DNA of 64,000 nucleotides from Candidatus Dormiibacterota bacterium. Lineage in GTDB: Bacteria > Chloroflexota > Dormibacteria > Aeolococcales > Aeolococcaceae. Shown here in pieces: positions 18,696 to 31,492 of the stretch (within the stretch, counting starts at the first letter, position 1; each line of letters starts with the position of its first letter). Made by a program: the position numbers and the translations under genes. The notes under the pieces were generated by a model. That model was given only the letters and a program-made list of their open reading frames with translations, ran no database searches and was not told the DNA's origin. Location: positions 64,001-128,000 of the forward strand of contig CAVPXI010000016.1 of assembly GCA_963709585.1 (NCBI GenBank), in the 5' to 3' direction.

Positions 18696-19837
18696 CGGAC
18701 ACCATCGTCGAGCCGGGTAGTGGCGCCGCGATCAAAGCCGCATCAGCGCGCATCGCAGATCCCGAGCAGCGCGTGCTTGAGCGGATCGCCGAGATTCGCA
18801 AGCGCAAGCCGTCGCTGCGTGAGGACGCGATCACCATAAGTCACGGCGCGGGAGGGAAGGCCAGCCACACGCTGGTGACCGCGCTCTTCGGCGACATCCT
18901 CAGCAATCCGGTGCTCGACCAGCTCGGTGATCAGGCCGTACTGTCGCTGCCGGGCGTGGACCATATCGGGCTCGCGGTCACCACCGATTCGTTCGTGGTG
19001 AGCCCGCTCTTCTTCCCGGGCGGCGACATCGGCGAGCTCGCGGTCAACGGCACCATCAACGATCTCGCAGTCGGCGGCGGGACCCCGCTCGGCATCTCGG
19101 CCGCGTTCATCCTCGAGGAGGGCCTTGATGTCGCCACTCTGCGGCGCGTGGTGGAGTCCATGCGCCGGGCCGCTGACCGGGCGGGTGTCAACGTCGTCAC
19201 CGGCGACACCAAGGTCGTGCCCCGCGGCAAGGCCGACCAGCTCTTCATCACCACCACGGGGGTGGGGGTGGTGCCTCTCCCACAGCGCGTGGCGATTCAT
19301 CGGGTGGTCCCGGGCGACGTCGTGGTGCTCAGCGGTGCGATGGGCGACCACGGCAGCACCGTGATGCTCGCTCGCGGCGACGTCGACCTTGAAGCCGACA
19401 ACCTGCGCTCCGACACCATGCCCTTGCACGGGCTGACGGCTGCACTCCTCGACGACGGCATCGACGTGCATTTCATGCGCGATGCCACCCGCGGCGGCGT
19501 GGCGACGGTCCTCAACGAGATCGCCCAGGCCGCCGGGGTGGCGGTGGCAATCGACGAGGCATCGCTTCCGATTCACGACGAGGTGCGCGGGGTCGCCGAG
19601 ATCCTCGGCATCGACCCGCTCTACATCGCCAACGAGGGCAAGCTGGTCGCGATCGTGGCCGCCGAGCACGCGTCACGCGCCGTCGATCTCATGCGCTCGC
19701 GCCCGGAGGGCGCCGAGGCGGCCGTGATCGGCGAGGTCCTCGCCGACCCGGAAGGCATGGTCTTCATCCACACCGGTTTTGGCGGCACCCGGGTGGTCGA
19801 CATGCTGATCGGCGACCCGCTGCCGAGGATCTGCTGA
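18692..19837 (+). CDS. hypE: Carbamoyl dehydratase HypE
   Basis: HGAGGK, TTDSFVV, GDTKVV, RDATRGG, C-terminal PRIC. Confidence 0.97.
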   Translation: MTDTIVEPGSGAAIKAASARIADPEQRVLERIAEIRKRKPSLREDAITISHGAGGKASHTLVTALFGDILSNPVLDQLGDQAVLSLPGVDHIGLAVTTDSFVVSPLFFPGGDIGELAVNGTINDLAVGGGTPLGISAAFILEEGLDVATLRRVVESMRRAADRAGVNVVTGDTKVVPRGKADQLFITTTGVGVVPLPQRVAIHRVVPGDVVVLSGAMGDHGSTVMLARGDVDLEADNLRSDTMPLHGLTAALLDDGIDVHFMRDATRGGVATVLNEIAQAAGVAVAIDEASLPIHDEVRGVAEILGIDPLYIANEGKLVAIVAAEHASRAVDLMRSRPEGAEAAVIGEVLADPEGMVFIHTGFGGTRVVDMLIGDPLPRIC

Positions 19838-19841
19838 ACAA

Positions 19842-19863
19842 GAGTCCGCAGGCGAACGGACTC
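19842..19863 (+). terminator. Short hairpin after hypE
   Basis: GAGTCCG-N8-CGGACTC just after the stop codon; no U-tract. Confidence 0.3.
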
Positions 19864-19923
19864 GCGACACGAACCGGCGTATGGTCTGGGTGCGGTCTAC
19901 ACCACACGAGCCGTGATCACCTC

Positions 19924-20148
19924 ATGGACCCTCAGCCCCGGATGTGGCCCCTCGACCCGGACGCACACGGCACCGCGCTGCCGGCAGCGGACGTGCGCAT
20001 TCAGACGGTGGCGTGCGGGCGCTGCGGCTGGCCCAATGCCTGCCGCACTCAGAGCGGGATGCGGACGCTGCGCTTCATGTGCCAGTGGTGCGAGCGGATG
20101 ACCACCGGGATTGTGGACCCGTCGATCAAGCGCAACGTGATCTTCTAA
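19924..20148 (+). CDS. Small putative zinc-ribbon protein
   Basis: CGRC-x18-CQWC; fills the gap between hypE and cbbX. Confidence 0.55.
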   Translation: MDPQPRMWPLDPDAHGTALPAADVRIQTVACGRCGWPNACRTQSGMRTLRFMCQWCERMTTGIVDPSIKRNVIF

Positions 20149-21185
20149 CCCGCCGGCACGGCTCGCCCGTCGACCGCCTGCGCGTCGGGCGACTCGGTGA
20201 ACCACCGGCTCTTGTAGATGTCCTCGGCCTCGATGCGCATCAGGTCGTCGCGGGTCGCCAACCTTCCGTCCGAGACCAGCCGGTTGGCCTGCCGGAGCCG
20301 CGCTCGTTCCAGGGCATTCCGAACGCTTCGGGCATTGGCGAAACGTGGCTGGGTCATCCGGCGTGAGAGCAACTCCCGGAACGCCGGCTCGGCATCGCTC
20401 GAGAACGTGTACCGCTGGTGATCGAGCATGATTCGCGCGATCGCAACCAGCTCATCGAGGTCGTAGTCGGGGAAGTCGATGTGGTGCGCGATCCGTGACC
20501 CCATCCCGGGATTGCTGCTGAAGAACTGGTCCATGCGATCGCGGTAACCGGCCAGGATGACCACGATGTCATTGCGCTGGTTCTCCATGACCTGCAATAG
20601 GATCTCGATCGCTTCCTGGCCATAATCGCGCTCGTTCTCCTGGCGGTGGAGGTAGTACGCCTCGTCGATGAAGAGCACGCCGCCCATGGCGCGTTTCAGC
20701 ACTTCGCGCGTCTTCGGCGCGGTGTGCCCGATGTACTGCCCGACGAGTTCGTCGCGGGTGACCGCGACCAGGTGTCCCTTGGCGAGGTATCCGAGACGGT
20801 GGAGCACCGTCGCCATCCGCATCGCGACGGTGGTCTTGCCCGTTCCAGGGCTGCCCGTGAAGCACATGTGCAGGTTCGGACGTTCCGCCTCGAGTCCGAA
20901 ACGGCGCCGGGCCGTGTCGACGATCAGGAGCGCCGCGATCTCGCGGATGCGGGTCTTGACCGGATCGAGGCCGACAAGCTCGCGATCGAGGTCGGCGATG
21001 ACGTCGAACACGCCGGACGCGCGAGCATCCGCCTCGACGTTGATACCCGCCGGATCTGCATGCGGCTGTTTCGCATCGTCGGACACGCGCGCACCGTTCC
21101 TGCTTGCAACCTCGGGCACGGACTGCGCGAGGTCAAGGGCGGAGGGACGCGGCATCCCGAAGGGGACGTGGCTGTCCTGAGTCAT
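20145..21185 (-). CDS. cbbX: Red-type RuBisCO activase CbbX
   Basis: [44 protein letters not shown]. Confidence 0.95.
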   Translation of the reverse strand: MTQDSHVPFGMPRPSALDLAQSVPEVASRNGARVSDDAKQPHADPAGINVEADARASGVFDVIADLDRELVGLDPVKTRIREIAALLIVDTARRRFGLEAERPNLHMCFTGSPGTGKTTVAMRMATVLHRLGYLAKGHLVAVTRDELVGQYIGHTAPKTREVLKRAMGGVLFIDEAYYLHRQENERDYGQEAIEILLQVMENQRNDIVVILAGYRDRMDQFFSSNPGMGSRIAHHIDFPDYDLDELVAIARIMLDHQRYTFSSDAEPAFRELLSRRMTQPRFANARSVRNALERARLRQANRLVSDGRLATRDDLMRIEAEDIYKSRWFTESPDAQAVDGRAVPAG

Positions 21186-21188
21186 CGC

Positions 21189-21611
21189 TCAGCGCTCGTA
21201 GCGCTCTCCGGAGCCGCGATCGGCCGCATACGGGTGAATGGTGTACCGGAGCTGCCGATCAGGACCCTCCTGACGGTCGAGGCGGAAGCCCCGCTCATTC
21301 CCGGGACGCTGCACGATGAAGCTGAGCGCCGTCGTCTGGCGTCCCAGCCGCCGGTCGTAAGCGTTTACACGAACGTAGCGCGCTGGGTACGCGTCACGGC
21401 AGCGTTGCATCTCGAGGAGGATTGCCGCGGGATCGCGCATGTCGAACATGGGCAGGCCCCACATGTCCCAGAGGAAGTTGCGCGGGTGGGGATCGTCGGT
21501 GAACTCCACCGAGAGCGCCCACGCATTGTCGAGTGCGTACTGCACCTGCGCCTTGACCTGTTCGTCGGTGAGGGGCGGAAGGTACGAGAACGTTCCCTGC
21601 GTGACGTGCAT
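21189..21611 (-). CDS. cbbS: RuBisCO small subunit (red-type)
   Basis: [41 protein letters not shown]. Confidence 0.96.
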   Translation of the reverse strand: MHVTQGTFSYLPPLTDEQVKAQVQYALDNAWALSVEFTDDPHPRNFLWDMWGLPMFDMRDPAAILLEMQRCRDAYPARYVRVNAYDRRLGRQTTALSFIVQRPGNERGFRLDRQEGPDRQLRYTIHPYAADRGSGERYER

Positions 21612-21622
21612 GTGATTCCTCC

Positions 21623-24117
<2,495 letters not shown>

Positions 24118-24164
24118 GGCGTTCTCGCGTCGAGGTGGTGGCGGCGACGAACCATGGCACCGAA

Positions 24165-24229
24165 GATAAATCGCGGCTATCCTGCCGTCCAATGCATGAT
24201 TCTTATAGTTTCAATAAGATTGCCTAATG
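24165..24229. promoter_or_regulatory. LysR/CbbR T-N11-A binding boxes in the divergent cbbR-prk promoter
   Basis: GATAAATCGCGGCTATC, TGCATGATTCTTA and TAAGATTGCCTAA in an AT-rich intergenic region. Confidence 0.65.
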
Positions 24230-25168
24230 GAAACCAGGCTCGAGCGCAGCATCACCCTTCGCCAGCTCCGGATCTTCACGAGTGTGATCGAGCAACGGAG
24301 CTTCACGCGTGCCGCCGAGGTGCTCTCGCTGACCCAGCCGGCGGTGACCCACCAGATGCAGGCGCTCGCCCGGGCCGTCGGCCAACCACTCCTCGACCCC
24401 GGAATCCGCGCTCCAGTGCTCACAGCCGTCGGGCAGGCGCTCCATGAGCGCGCCGGCCGGATCCTGGCGATGGTCGGTGACGCAGAGGAGGCGATCGAGG
24501 ACGTCGCAGGTCTGCGTGCCGGAAGGGTCCGGGTTGCCGGCGACACGACGGTCGGGATCTACGTGCTTCCGGACGCGATGGCCGCATTCCACCGCGAGCA
24601 CCTCGGAGTGGCGTTGAGCCTCGACGTCGTCAATCGCGCCCAGGTCCGCGAGTTGCTCCTTGAGGGCGTCGCCGATGTCGGTGTCGTCGGGACCCTGTGG
24701 AAGGACGAGGTGCTCGCGGCGGAGCCGTTCCTCGAGAACTCACTGATGTGCTTCTGCGCTCCCGGTCATCCGCTCGCGCAGCGCGAACCGTTGCAGCCGG
24801 TCGATCTGCTCGACGGTCCGCTGCTCCTCCGCGAACCAGGGTCGGGCACGCGCGATTCGGCGGAACGGATCCTGCGTGAGGCTGGTATCGAGCCGATGGC
24901 CGCCATGGAGATGGCCAGTAACGGCGCGTTGAAACGCGCGGTCGCCGGAGGTCTCGGAGTGACGGTGCTTTCGACGTATGCCGTTCGCCTCGAACTCCAG
25001 CTCGGGCTGCTCAGACCCCTACGCGTGCATGGATTCCCGGTGGAACGGATGTGGCACGCAGTCTGGGCCCGCGACCGCCTGCTCAGCCCGGCCGCCGGAG
25101 CGTTCAAGGCGTTCCTGCACAGCCCCGATTGGCGAGCGTCGCTGCTGACCCCGCTGGGCAGCGAATAA
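24227..25168 (+). CDS. cbbR: LysR-family regulator CbbR
   Basis: TLRQLRIF...SFTRAAEVLSLTQPAVT HTH, REPGSGTR; divergent from the cbb operon. Confidence 0.9.
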   Translation: METRLERSITLRQLRIFTSVIEQRSFTRAAEVLSLTQPAVTHQMQALARAVGQPLLDPGIRAPVLTAVGQALHERAGRILAMVGDAEEAIEDVAGLRAGRVRVAGDTTVGIYVLPDAMAAFHREHLGVALSLDVVNRAQVRELLLEGVADVGVVGTLWKDEVLAAEPFLENSLMCFCAPGHPLAQREPLQPVDLLDGPLLLREPGSGTRDSAERILREAGIEPMAAMEMASNGALKRAVAGGLGVTVLSTYAVRLELQLGLLRPLRVHGFPVERMWHAVWARDRLLSPAAGAFKAFLHSPDWRASLLTPLGSE

Positions 25169-25173
25169 CGCAA

Positions 25174-25923
25174 TCAGGAAAACGTCGGACCGAGTGCCGC
25201 CAGCGAGGACTGGATGGGGAGCACGAATATCTTCCCGGCAGAGCAGAAGGTTTGACCGTCCGGGAAGCCGTCAACTCGCAGGTTCACGACAACCGGGGTC
25301 GATGACCCTGGTGTGATGACGCGGACGCTGTCCGCAACCTCGCAGGGTTCGATGACGTCGTCCCCGGAGAAGTTGATGTATGCGGCCGGAGCCGCGTCGG
25401 CCGCGCAGCGGTTCGGCTGTGCGCAGGGGATCAGACTGACAGCGACGTCACGCGCGCTCCCGGAGAAGGTTGATGTGGTTTCCACCCAATGGGTCGGCAC
25501 GAGACCGCCGGCCTTGTTGAGGAATTGGAGTGTTGGCCAGCCACGCAGCTTGCACGGCCTGGCGCCACGGTTCCAGACCGCGAGCGATATCGCGGCGTTA
25601 CCGGCTGCCCCGCCGCTGAGAGCCGGCCAGTACGCAATCTGCAATTGAGCACCCGTGCACGTCGGCTCGTTGGCGGTGGGGATCGGCGCAGACGGCTGAG
25701 CCGTCGGTGCTTCGGTGGGCGAAGGGCTTGGGAGGGCGCTCGGCGCGATTGATGGAGCGGGAGGAGACGGGGTGCTGTGCGGTGAGCCCGACGGCGTCTG
25801 GACCGAAGGGGTGCCCGTGCACGACGCGAGCAGGGTGGCCAGCGCAGCCGCGAGAACGACCAGATGGCCGGGCACCCGGCTCGAGGCGGTTCCGGCTGAC
25901 GAGCGCTCGTGCGGTCTCAGCAT
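25174..25923 (-). CDS. Putative lipoprotein with DUF4232-like domain (start uncertain)
   Basis: Lipobox LLASC, Pro/Ser linker, CTGAQL...GGAAGN...CKLRGWP. Confidence 0.65.
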   Translation of the reverse strand: MLRPHERSSAGTASSRVPGHLVVLAAALATLLASCTGTPSVQTPSGSPHSTPSPPAPSIAPSALPSPSPTEAPTAQPSAPIPTANEPTCTGAQLQIAYWPALSGGAAGNAAISLAVWNRGARPCKLRGWPTLQFLNKAGGLVPTHWVETTSTFSGSARDVAVSLIPCAQPNRCAADAAPAAYINFSGDDVIEPCEVADSVRVITPGSSTPVVVNLRVDGFPDGQTFCSAGKIFVLPIQSSLAALGPTFS

Positions 25924-26115
25924 CGTCGATGTCGTAACGCGGAACGAGCGACCACGGTTCCAGCCGAGGCTGGCCGGGCTCTCGACGCGAGCACGCTCGA
26001 GGCGGAGTCGCATCCTGACTGACGATGAGCACCACGTAAGCAAAGTCTGTTGCTGCCGCGGCCGCCGTAGCCAGCAACGCTGCGGTCGTCATCCGCCGCC
26101 GATGCTTTTGGTCCA

Positions 26116-26490
26116 TCACTTCTGATCGGATGCGCCGCTGCCGTGGACCTTGTCGATGACGTCAAAGACGTTGCCCTCAGGATCCAACAGCGTGACGAAG
26201 TCCTCCCCGGGCTCCACTTTCCGGGGATGGCGCACCGCTCCCAACTCGAGCAGACGCGCGACATCGCCAGCCTGGTCAGCGGTGTACAGGTCGAGGTGGA
26301 GCCGGTTCTTTCCGACCGATGGCTCCGGGACTCGTTGGAGGGAAACGTTGACGTGGCCTCCGTCGGGGTCCCGCAACACCGCCCATCCGTCTTCGGGCGG
26401 ATCCCGAGGCACATAGCGAAGCGCGGCCGCCCAGAACGCGTACATGGCGCTGAAGTCGTTGCAATCGATCACCACCGATCCGACGTACAT
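26116..26490 (-). CDS. VOC/glyoxalase-like protein
   Basis: GGAGG RBS; VVIDC...FWAAAL...KNRLHLDL...LDPEGNVF. Confidence 0.85.
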   Translation of the reverse strand: MYVGSVVIDCNDFSAMYAFWAAALRYVPRDPPEDGWAVLRDPDGGHVNVSLQRVPEPSVGKNRLHLDLYTADQAGDVARLLELGAVRHPRKVEPGEDFVTLLDPEGNVFDVIDKVHGSGASDQK

Positions 26491-26581
26491 ATGAAATCCT
26501 CCTGAAACATTTAGCTCATGAAGTCGACAGGATGCCGGGTCCATGATGCGACCGTGATCCAACCGCGATAGGGGATGAGCA

Positions 26582-26824
26582 ATGCTCGCGATCGACGTCA
26601 GGGACAGCGACATCATGGAGACCACGCCGCAACGCCAGGGTGGGGTGGGGCGCATGCTCGCCGCGCTGCAGGATGCCGGTCTCCGCGTGATCCGGATCGA
26701 GCCCCGAACCAACGAGGTCGGGATGTACCGCGTGACCATGACCGACAGCCCTGAACTTGCGCTGCGGGTCTTGAGGGCGATCGGTCGCCGGGTGACACCA
26801 TCCATGTCGACCGCCGTCGGGTAG
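26582..26824 (+). CDS. Small hypothetical protein, ACT-like
   Basis: GGVGRMLAALQDAGLRV pattern; fills the intergenic gap. Confidence 0.4.
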   Translation: MLAIDVRDSDIMETTPQRQGGVGRMLAALQDAGLRVIRIEPRTNEVGMYRVTMTDSPELALRVLRAIGRRVTPSMSTAVG

Positions 26825-26909
26825 GGAGCGCCTCAAAGCGCCCACTCGCGCTACGCTGACTGCGTCCGCCCTGTCTGGCTGAGGATCTACGAACGATCAA
26901 CGAACGCGG

Positions 26910-29900
26910 GTGAGCGAAGCTGCCGTCAAGCCCGGTTGGATCCGGCGCCTGTGGGGCTACATGCTCCGGCACCGACGCGACGTCGTGCTGTCGGTGGGTG
27001 CCGCGGTGCTCGGCAGCGTGTGTCAGACGGCCGTCCCGCTCGTCGCACGCCAGATCGTTGACGGAGTCATTCTCTCCAGCACCTCGGCGCTGTGGCCGTG
27101 GCTCCTCCTGCTGGTCGGGCTCGCCGCGGCCAGCTTCGGCTTCGCGTACATCCGCCGATACCGTGGTGGCCGGGTGGCGCTCGAGGTCCAGTACGACCTG
27201 CGCAATGACATGCACGATCACCTGCAGGTCCTCGACTTCGACAACCTGGGCCGCATGCCGACCGGCCAGCTGGTCGCGCGCGCGAACTCCAACTCGACGC
27301 TGGTCCAGGGGCTCCTGAGCTTCTTCCCGATCATGAGCAGCAACGTCCTGCTGCTGTTGCTCTCCCTCGGCGTGATGCTCTACCTGTCGCCGCTGCTGGC
27401 GCTGGTGAGCCTCGTGGTCGCGCCGAGCCTGCTCATCGTGTCCTACCGCATGCGCTGGCGCATCTTTCCGGCGACCTGGGACGGACAGCAACGGGAGGGC
27501 GAGCTCGTCCAGATCGTCGACGAGGACCTGAACGGCGTCCGCGTCGTGAAGGCGTTCGGTCAGGAGCAGCGCGAGGTCGAACGAATCGCAGCCGCCGCCA
27601 AGACCGTTTACGGATCGCAGATGCGTGCGGTGCGTCTGCAGTCGCGCTACCAGCCGCTGCTGGAGGCGATCCCACTGTTCGCGCAGGTGGCCATCCTCGC
27701 GCTTGGCGGTTGGCTGGCGCTCCAGCATCAGATCACCCTGGGCACCTTCCTGGCGTTCTCGACCTACGTCACGCAGCTCATGGCTCCGGCCCGCCAGCTC
27801 GCCGGGGTCCTGACCATCGGCCAGCAGGCTCGGGCGGGGATCGAGCGCATCTTCCAGCTGCTCGACCTGCCGCCGGCCATCGCCGACGCACCTGACGCCG
27901 TCGACCTCCCCGAGCTCCGCGGTGACATCAGGTTCTCGAGCGTCCACTTCCGCTACGGCGACGATGACCCGGTCATTCGAGGAGTCGATCTGCATGTCGC
28001 GCCGGGTGAACGCGTTGCCATCGTCGGCCCGAGCGGGAGCGGCAAGTCGACCCTGGCGATGCTCGTCCCGCGCTTCTACGACCCAACCCAGGGCGCGGTC
28101 CTCATCGACGGCTACGACGTGCGCACTGTCACGCTGCGGTCGCTGCGCCGGCAGGTGGGGGTTGTCTTCGAGGACAGCTTCCTGTTCTCCAACTCGGTTC
28201 GGGCGAACATCGCCTACGGACGGCCCGACGCGACCGACGCGCAGATCGAGGCGGCCGCCCGCGCGGCGCAGGCGCACGAGTTCATCGAGGACCTGCCCCG
28301 CGGCTATGACACGGCAATCGGTGAGCGGGGCCTGACCCTGTCGGGGGGTCAGCGTCAGCGGATCGCGCTCGCCCGCGCGATCCTGTACGACCCACGCATC
28401 CTCATCCTCGACGACGCCACGAGCGCGATCGACGCCGAAGTCGAGGCAGCAGTCCACGACGCTCTCCGCGGGGTCATGGCCGGTCGCACGACGCTGCTGA
28501 TCGCGCACCGGCAATCGACGCTGCATCTCGCCGACAGGATCGTGGTGCTCGACGGTGGCGTCGTCGTCGACCAGGGCACCCACGACGAGCTGATGGCCCG
28601 AAGCGCGCTCTATCGGACACTAGTATCCGGGCTCGACGAGCTCGATTCCATCGAGGCGCTCGCGACGATTGCATCGACCGCCGGCGCGGACGGCGTTACC
28701 GCGGCCGCGTGGGCCGGTGACCGGCAGCGTTCCGGCAATCGTGCGGCCGCACGGTCCATCGGCGCGCCCAGCCTGGGTCCGGGCCTCGGCGGCGGGTCCG
28801 GCTGGCGGCTGAACCTGGCGCCGACCCCCGAGCTGCTCGCCCGCGTGGCGCGATTGCGGCCGGTGCGCGACGTGCCCGTGGTCGATCTCGATCGGGAGTC
28901 ACGTCCGGACAGGAACTTCAGCCTGCTCCGGCTGCTGCGCGAGTTCCGGCGGCCATTGCTGCTCGGACTCGTCTTTGTGGTCATCGACGGGTTGATGACC
29001 CTTGCAGGGCCGATCCTGGTGAAGACGGGTCTCGACGACGGGGTGGCGAAGGGGTCGTCCGTCGTCCTCTTCGCCGCAGCCGGTGTGTTTCTGGTGGTCA
29101 CGCTCGTCGACCTCGTCGACGAGATCGGTGAGACGTTTGTCACAGGACGTGCCGCGCAGCGAATCATGCTGTCGCTCCGGATCCGCATCTGGGCGCAGCT
29201 GCAACGCCTGTCCCTCGATTATTACGAGCGCGAGATGGCGGGTCGAATCATGACCCGGATGACGACCGACGTCGACCAGTTCGAGTCGCTGATCGAGAAC
29301 GGACTGCTCTCCGCGCTCGTCTCGATTGTCACGTTCATCGGGGTCGGTGTCGCGCTGGTGGTGATCAACACCGAGCTCGGCCTCTGCACGCTCTCGGTGG
29401 CGATTCCCCTTGCTGCGGCGACGGTCGTCTTCCGGCAGAAGGCGGCCCGCCTCTACAGCATCTCCCGCGAGCGAATCGCCATCGTCAACGCGGATTTCCA
29501 GGAGAGCCTCTCCGGTGTTCGCGAGTCGCAGGCATTCGTGCATGAAGGCGCCGCGATGGCGCAGTTTCACCGGCTCGGTCGCTCATACCTCGACACCCGG
29601 GTCGCAGCCCAGCGTCTGGTGGCGACGTACTTCCCGTTCGTCCAGTTCATGGCCGCTGTCGCCGACGCGATCGTGCTCGGCGTCGGTGCGCGGCTGATAG
29701 CCAGCGGCAACCTGACCACCGGGGCGCTCATCGCATTCCTGCTGTACATCGATCTGTTCTTCTCGCCGATCCAGCAGCTGTCGCAGGTGTTCGACGCCTG
29801 GCAGCAGACGCGCGTATCAGTCGGTCGTATCGCCGAACTGATGCAGCTCGACACGCTCACGCCCAACCCGGCCCTTCCCGAGGACCCGGGCCGGCTCCAC

Positions 29901-30755
29901 GGCGATCTCAGCCTCAACCACGTGCGATTTTCGTACCCGGTGCCGGTGAATCGACCCGGCTTCGAGGGGGTCCGCCCCGTCGACCGGCGAGGACCCAAGG
30001 ATCCGCGGCTCCTGCAATCGCGAGATGCGGCGTGGCGGAGGCCGCCGGAGGCGCTGCGCGGCATCGACCTGCAGATCGCAGCAGGGGAGACGGTTGCGCT
30101 TGTCGGTGAGACGGGCGCCGGCAAGTCGACGGTCATGAAGCTGCTGGCTCGTTTCTACGATCCGGATGAGGGAAGCGTCGAGGTCGATGGCCACGACCTC
30201 CGTGCCATCGACCTGCACGCGTTCCGGCTGCAACTCGGGTATGTGCCGCAGGAGGCATTCCTGTTCTCGGGCACGATTCGGGACAACATCGCTTACGGCC
30301 GGCCGGAAGCGAGCGATGCCGAGGTGGAAGCGGCGGCTCGCGCGGTGGGCGCGCACGAGTTCATCGCCCGCCTTTCCGATGGCTACCACCACGAGTTGAC
30401 CGAGCGTGGGCGGTCGCTCTCGTCCGGTCAGCGCCAGCTGATCGCGCTGGCTCGCGCCGAGCTGGTCGACCCCGCGCTCCTCCTCCTCGACGAGGCGACA
30501 TCGAACCTCGACCTGGTGACCGAGGCACGCGTCGCCGCTGCGATGCAGGAGGTGTCCCACGGTCGGACCACCGTGGTGATCGCCCACCGCCTGCAGACCG
30601 CGAGAGCGGCGGACCGCATCATCGTGTTGCACAGCGGGCAGGTGGTCGAGACCGGAACCCACGCCCAGCTGATTGCGACGCGGGGCAGATACGCGGCGAT
30701 GTGGGACGTCTTCAGCGTTGCCGGCAGCGCCACGCCCGCCCCGCAACTCCGGTAG
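26910..30755 (+). CDS. Fused ABC exporter TMD-NBD-TMD-NBD (Rv0194-like multidrug type)
   Basis: Two TM domains; Walker A GPSGSGKS and GETGAGKS; signatures LSGGQRQ and LSSGQRQ. Confidence 0.92.
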   Translation: MSEAAVKPGWIRRLWGYMLRHRRDVVLSVGAAVLGSVCQTAVPLVARQIVDGVILSSTSALWPWLLLLVGLAAASFGFAYIRRYRGGRVALEVQYDLRNDMHDHLQVLDFDNLGRMPTGQLVARANSNSTLVQGLLSFFPIMSSNVLLLLLSLGVMLYLSPLLALVSLVVAPSLLIVSYRMRWRIFPATWDGQQREGELVQIVDEDLNGVRVVKAFGQEQREVERIAAAAKTVYGSQMRAVRLQSRYQPLLEAIPLFAQVAILALGGWLALQHQITLGTFLAFSTYVTQLMAPARQLAGVLTIGQQARAGIERIFQLLDLPPAIADAPDAVDLPELRGDIRFSSVHFRYGDDDPVIRGVDLHVAPGERVAIVGPSGSGKSTLAMLVPRFYDPTQGAVLIDGYDVRTVTLRSLRRQVGVVFEDSFLFSNSVRANIAYGRPDATDAQIEAAARAAQAHEFIEDLPRGYDTAIGERGLTLSGGQRQRIALARAILYDPRILILDDATSAIDAEVEAAVHDALRGVMAGRTTLLIAHRQSTLHLADRIVVLDGGVVVDQGTHDELMARSALYRTLVSGLDELDSIEALATIASTAGADGVTAAAWAGDRQRSGNRAAARSIGAPSLGPGLGGGSGWRLNLAPTPELLARVARLRPVRDVPVVDLDRESRPDRNFSLLRLLREFRRPLLLGLVFVVIDGLMTLAGPILVKTGLDDGVAKGSSVVLFAAAGVFLVVTLVDLVDEIGETFVTGRAAQRIMLSLRIRIWAQLQRLSLDYYEREMAGRIMTRMTTDVDQFESLIENGLLSALVSIVTFIGVGVALVVINTELGLCTLSVAIPLAAATVVFRQKAARLYSISRERIAIVNADFQESLSGVRESQAFVHEGAAMAQFHRLGRSYLDTRVAAQRLVATYFPFVQFMAAVADAIVLGVGARLIASGNLTTGALIAFLLYIDLFFSPIQQLSQVFDAWQQTRVSVGRIAELMQLDTLTPNPALPEDPGRLHGDLSLNHVRFSYPVPVNRPGFEGVRPVDRRGPKDPRLLQSRDAAWRRPPEALRGIDLQIAAGETVALVGETGAGKSTVMKLLARFYDPDEGSVEVDGHDLRAIDLHAFRLQLGYVPQEAFLFSGTIRDNIAYGRPEASDAEVEAAARAVGAHEFIARLSDGYHHELTERGRSLSSGQRQLIALARAELVDPALLLLDEATSNLDLVTEARVAAAMQEVSHGRTTVVIAHRLQTARAADRIIVLHSGQVVETGTHAQLIATRGRYAAMWDVFSVAGSATPAPQLR

Positions 30756-30777
30756 CGGCGGGCGCGTGCTCGCCTAC

Positions 30778-31107
30778 CTACGCGGCGATCTGCAACGCCT
30801 CGTCGATGAATGCGACCAGCCGTCCCTTCGACGTGAACCCCACCATCTGGCGTACCGGCTTGCCGCCGATGAACACCAGCAGGGTGGGCACTGACATCAC
30901 GCCATATCGCCCCTGGGTCACGGGGCTGGCGTCGACGTCGACAGTGAGCACGCGAAGCTCGCTCGACCGCTCCTCCGCGACCTCGTCGAGCACCGGCGCG
31001 AGCATGCGGCACGGCGGGCACCATGTTGCACCGAACTCGACGAGCACCGGTGTATCGGATGCGAGCACGTCGGCATCGAAGCTCGCGTCGTCGACGGTCT
31101 TGATCAT
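30778..31107 (-). CDS. trxA: Thioredoxin
   Basis: WCPPC active site, VMSVPTL; AGGAG RBS. Confidence 0.9.
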   Translation of the reverse strand: MIKTVDDASFDADVLASDTPVLVEFGATWCPPCRMLAPVLDEVAEERSSELRVLTVDVDASPVTQGRYGVMSVPTLLVFIGGKPVRQMVGFTSKGRLVAFIDEALQIAA

Positions 31108-31466
31108 GTGGTTTCTCCTGACGAGTGGCGGGTGGTGACGGCCTTGTAGGCGGCGCAATTCGAAAAGGTGTGGGTCGCGATTCGGGCGCGGGCGCGCTGT
31201 CCACGCGAGGGCGGCGGCGGGTCGCGATCCTCGGCGGCGTACCGGTCCCAGACCGACTGACGTGACATGCCGAGGCGGTCGGCGATGTCCTGCCAGCTCA
31301 TGCCGTCGGCGCGAGCCGCGAGCACGGTGGATGCCCTGCGAGATCCGAGCAGCACGGCGACCGATCGCAATGCGACCAGGCGATCCTCGGTCGGCAGGGC
31401 GTTGAGGACCTTGAGCACGGTTCCCACAGCGGCGTCCGCATTCGGGCTGGAGGTCGAGTACGCCAT
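31104..31466 (-). CDS. Small helix-turn-helix protein coupled to trxA
   Basis: AARADGMSWQDIADRLGMSRQSVWDRY. Confidence 0.7.
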   Translation of the reverse strand: MAYSTSSPNADAAVGTVLKVLNALPTEDRLVALRSVAVLLGSRRASTVLAARADGMSWQDIADRLGMSRQSVWDRYAAEDRDPPPPSRGQRARARIATHTFSNCAAYKAVTTRHSSGETT

Positions 31467-31492
31467 ATGTCAACTATACATGACAAATCCAG

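Noticed and set aside
25924-26119. Hydrophobic ORF start (MDQKHRRR...AYVVLIVSQD) downstream of the VOC gene
   Set aside because: Degenerates after about 40 aa; possibly a gene remnant, but not supportable as a feature
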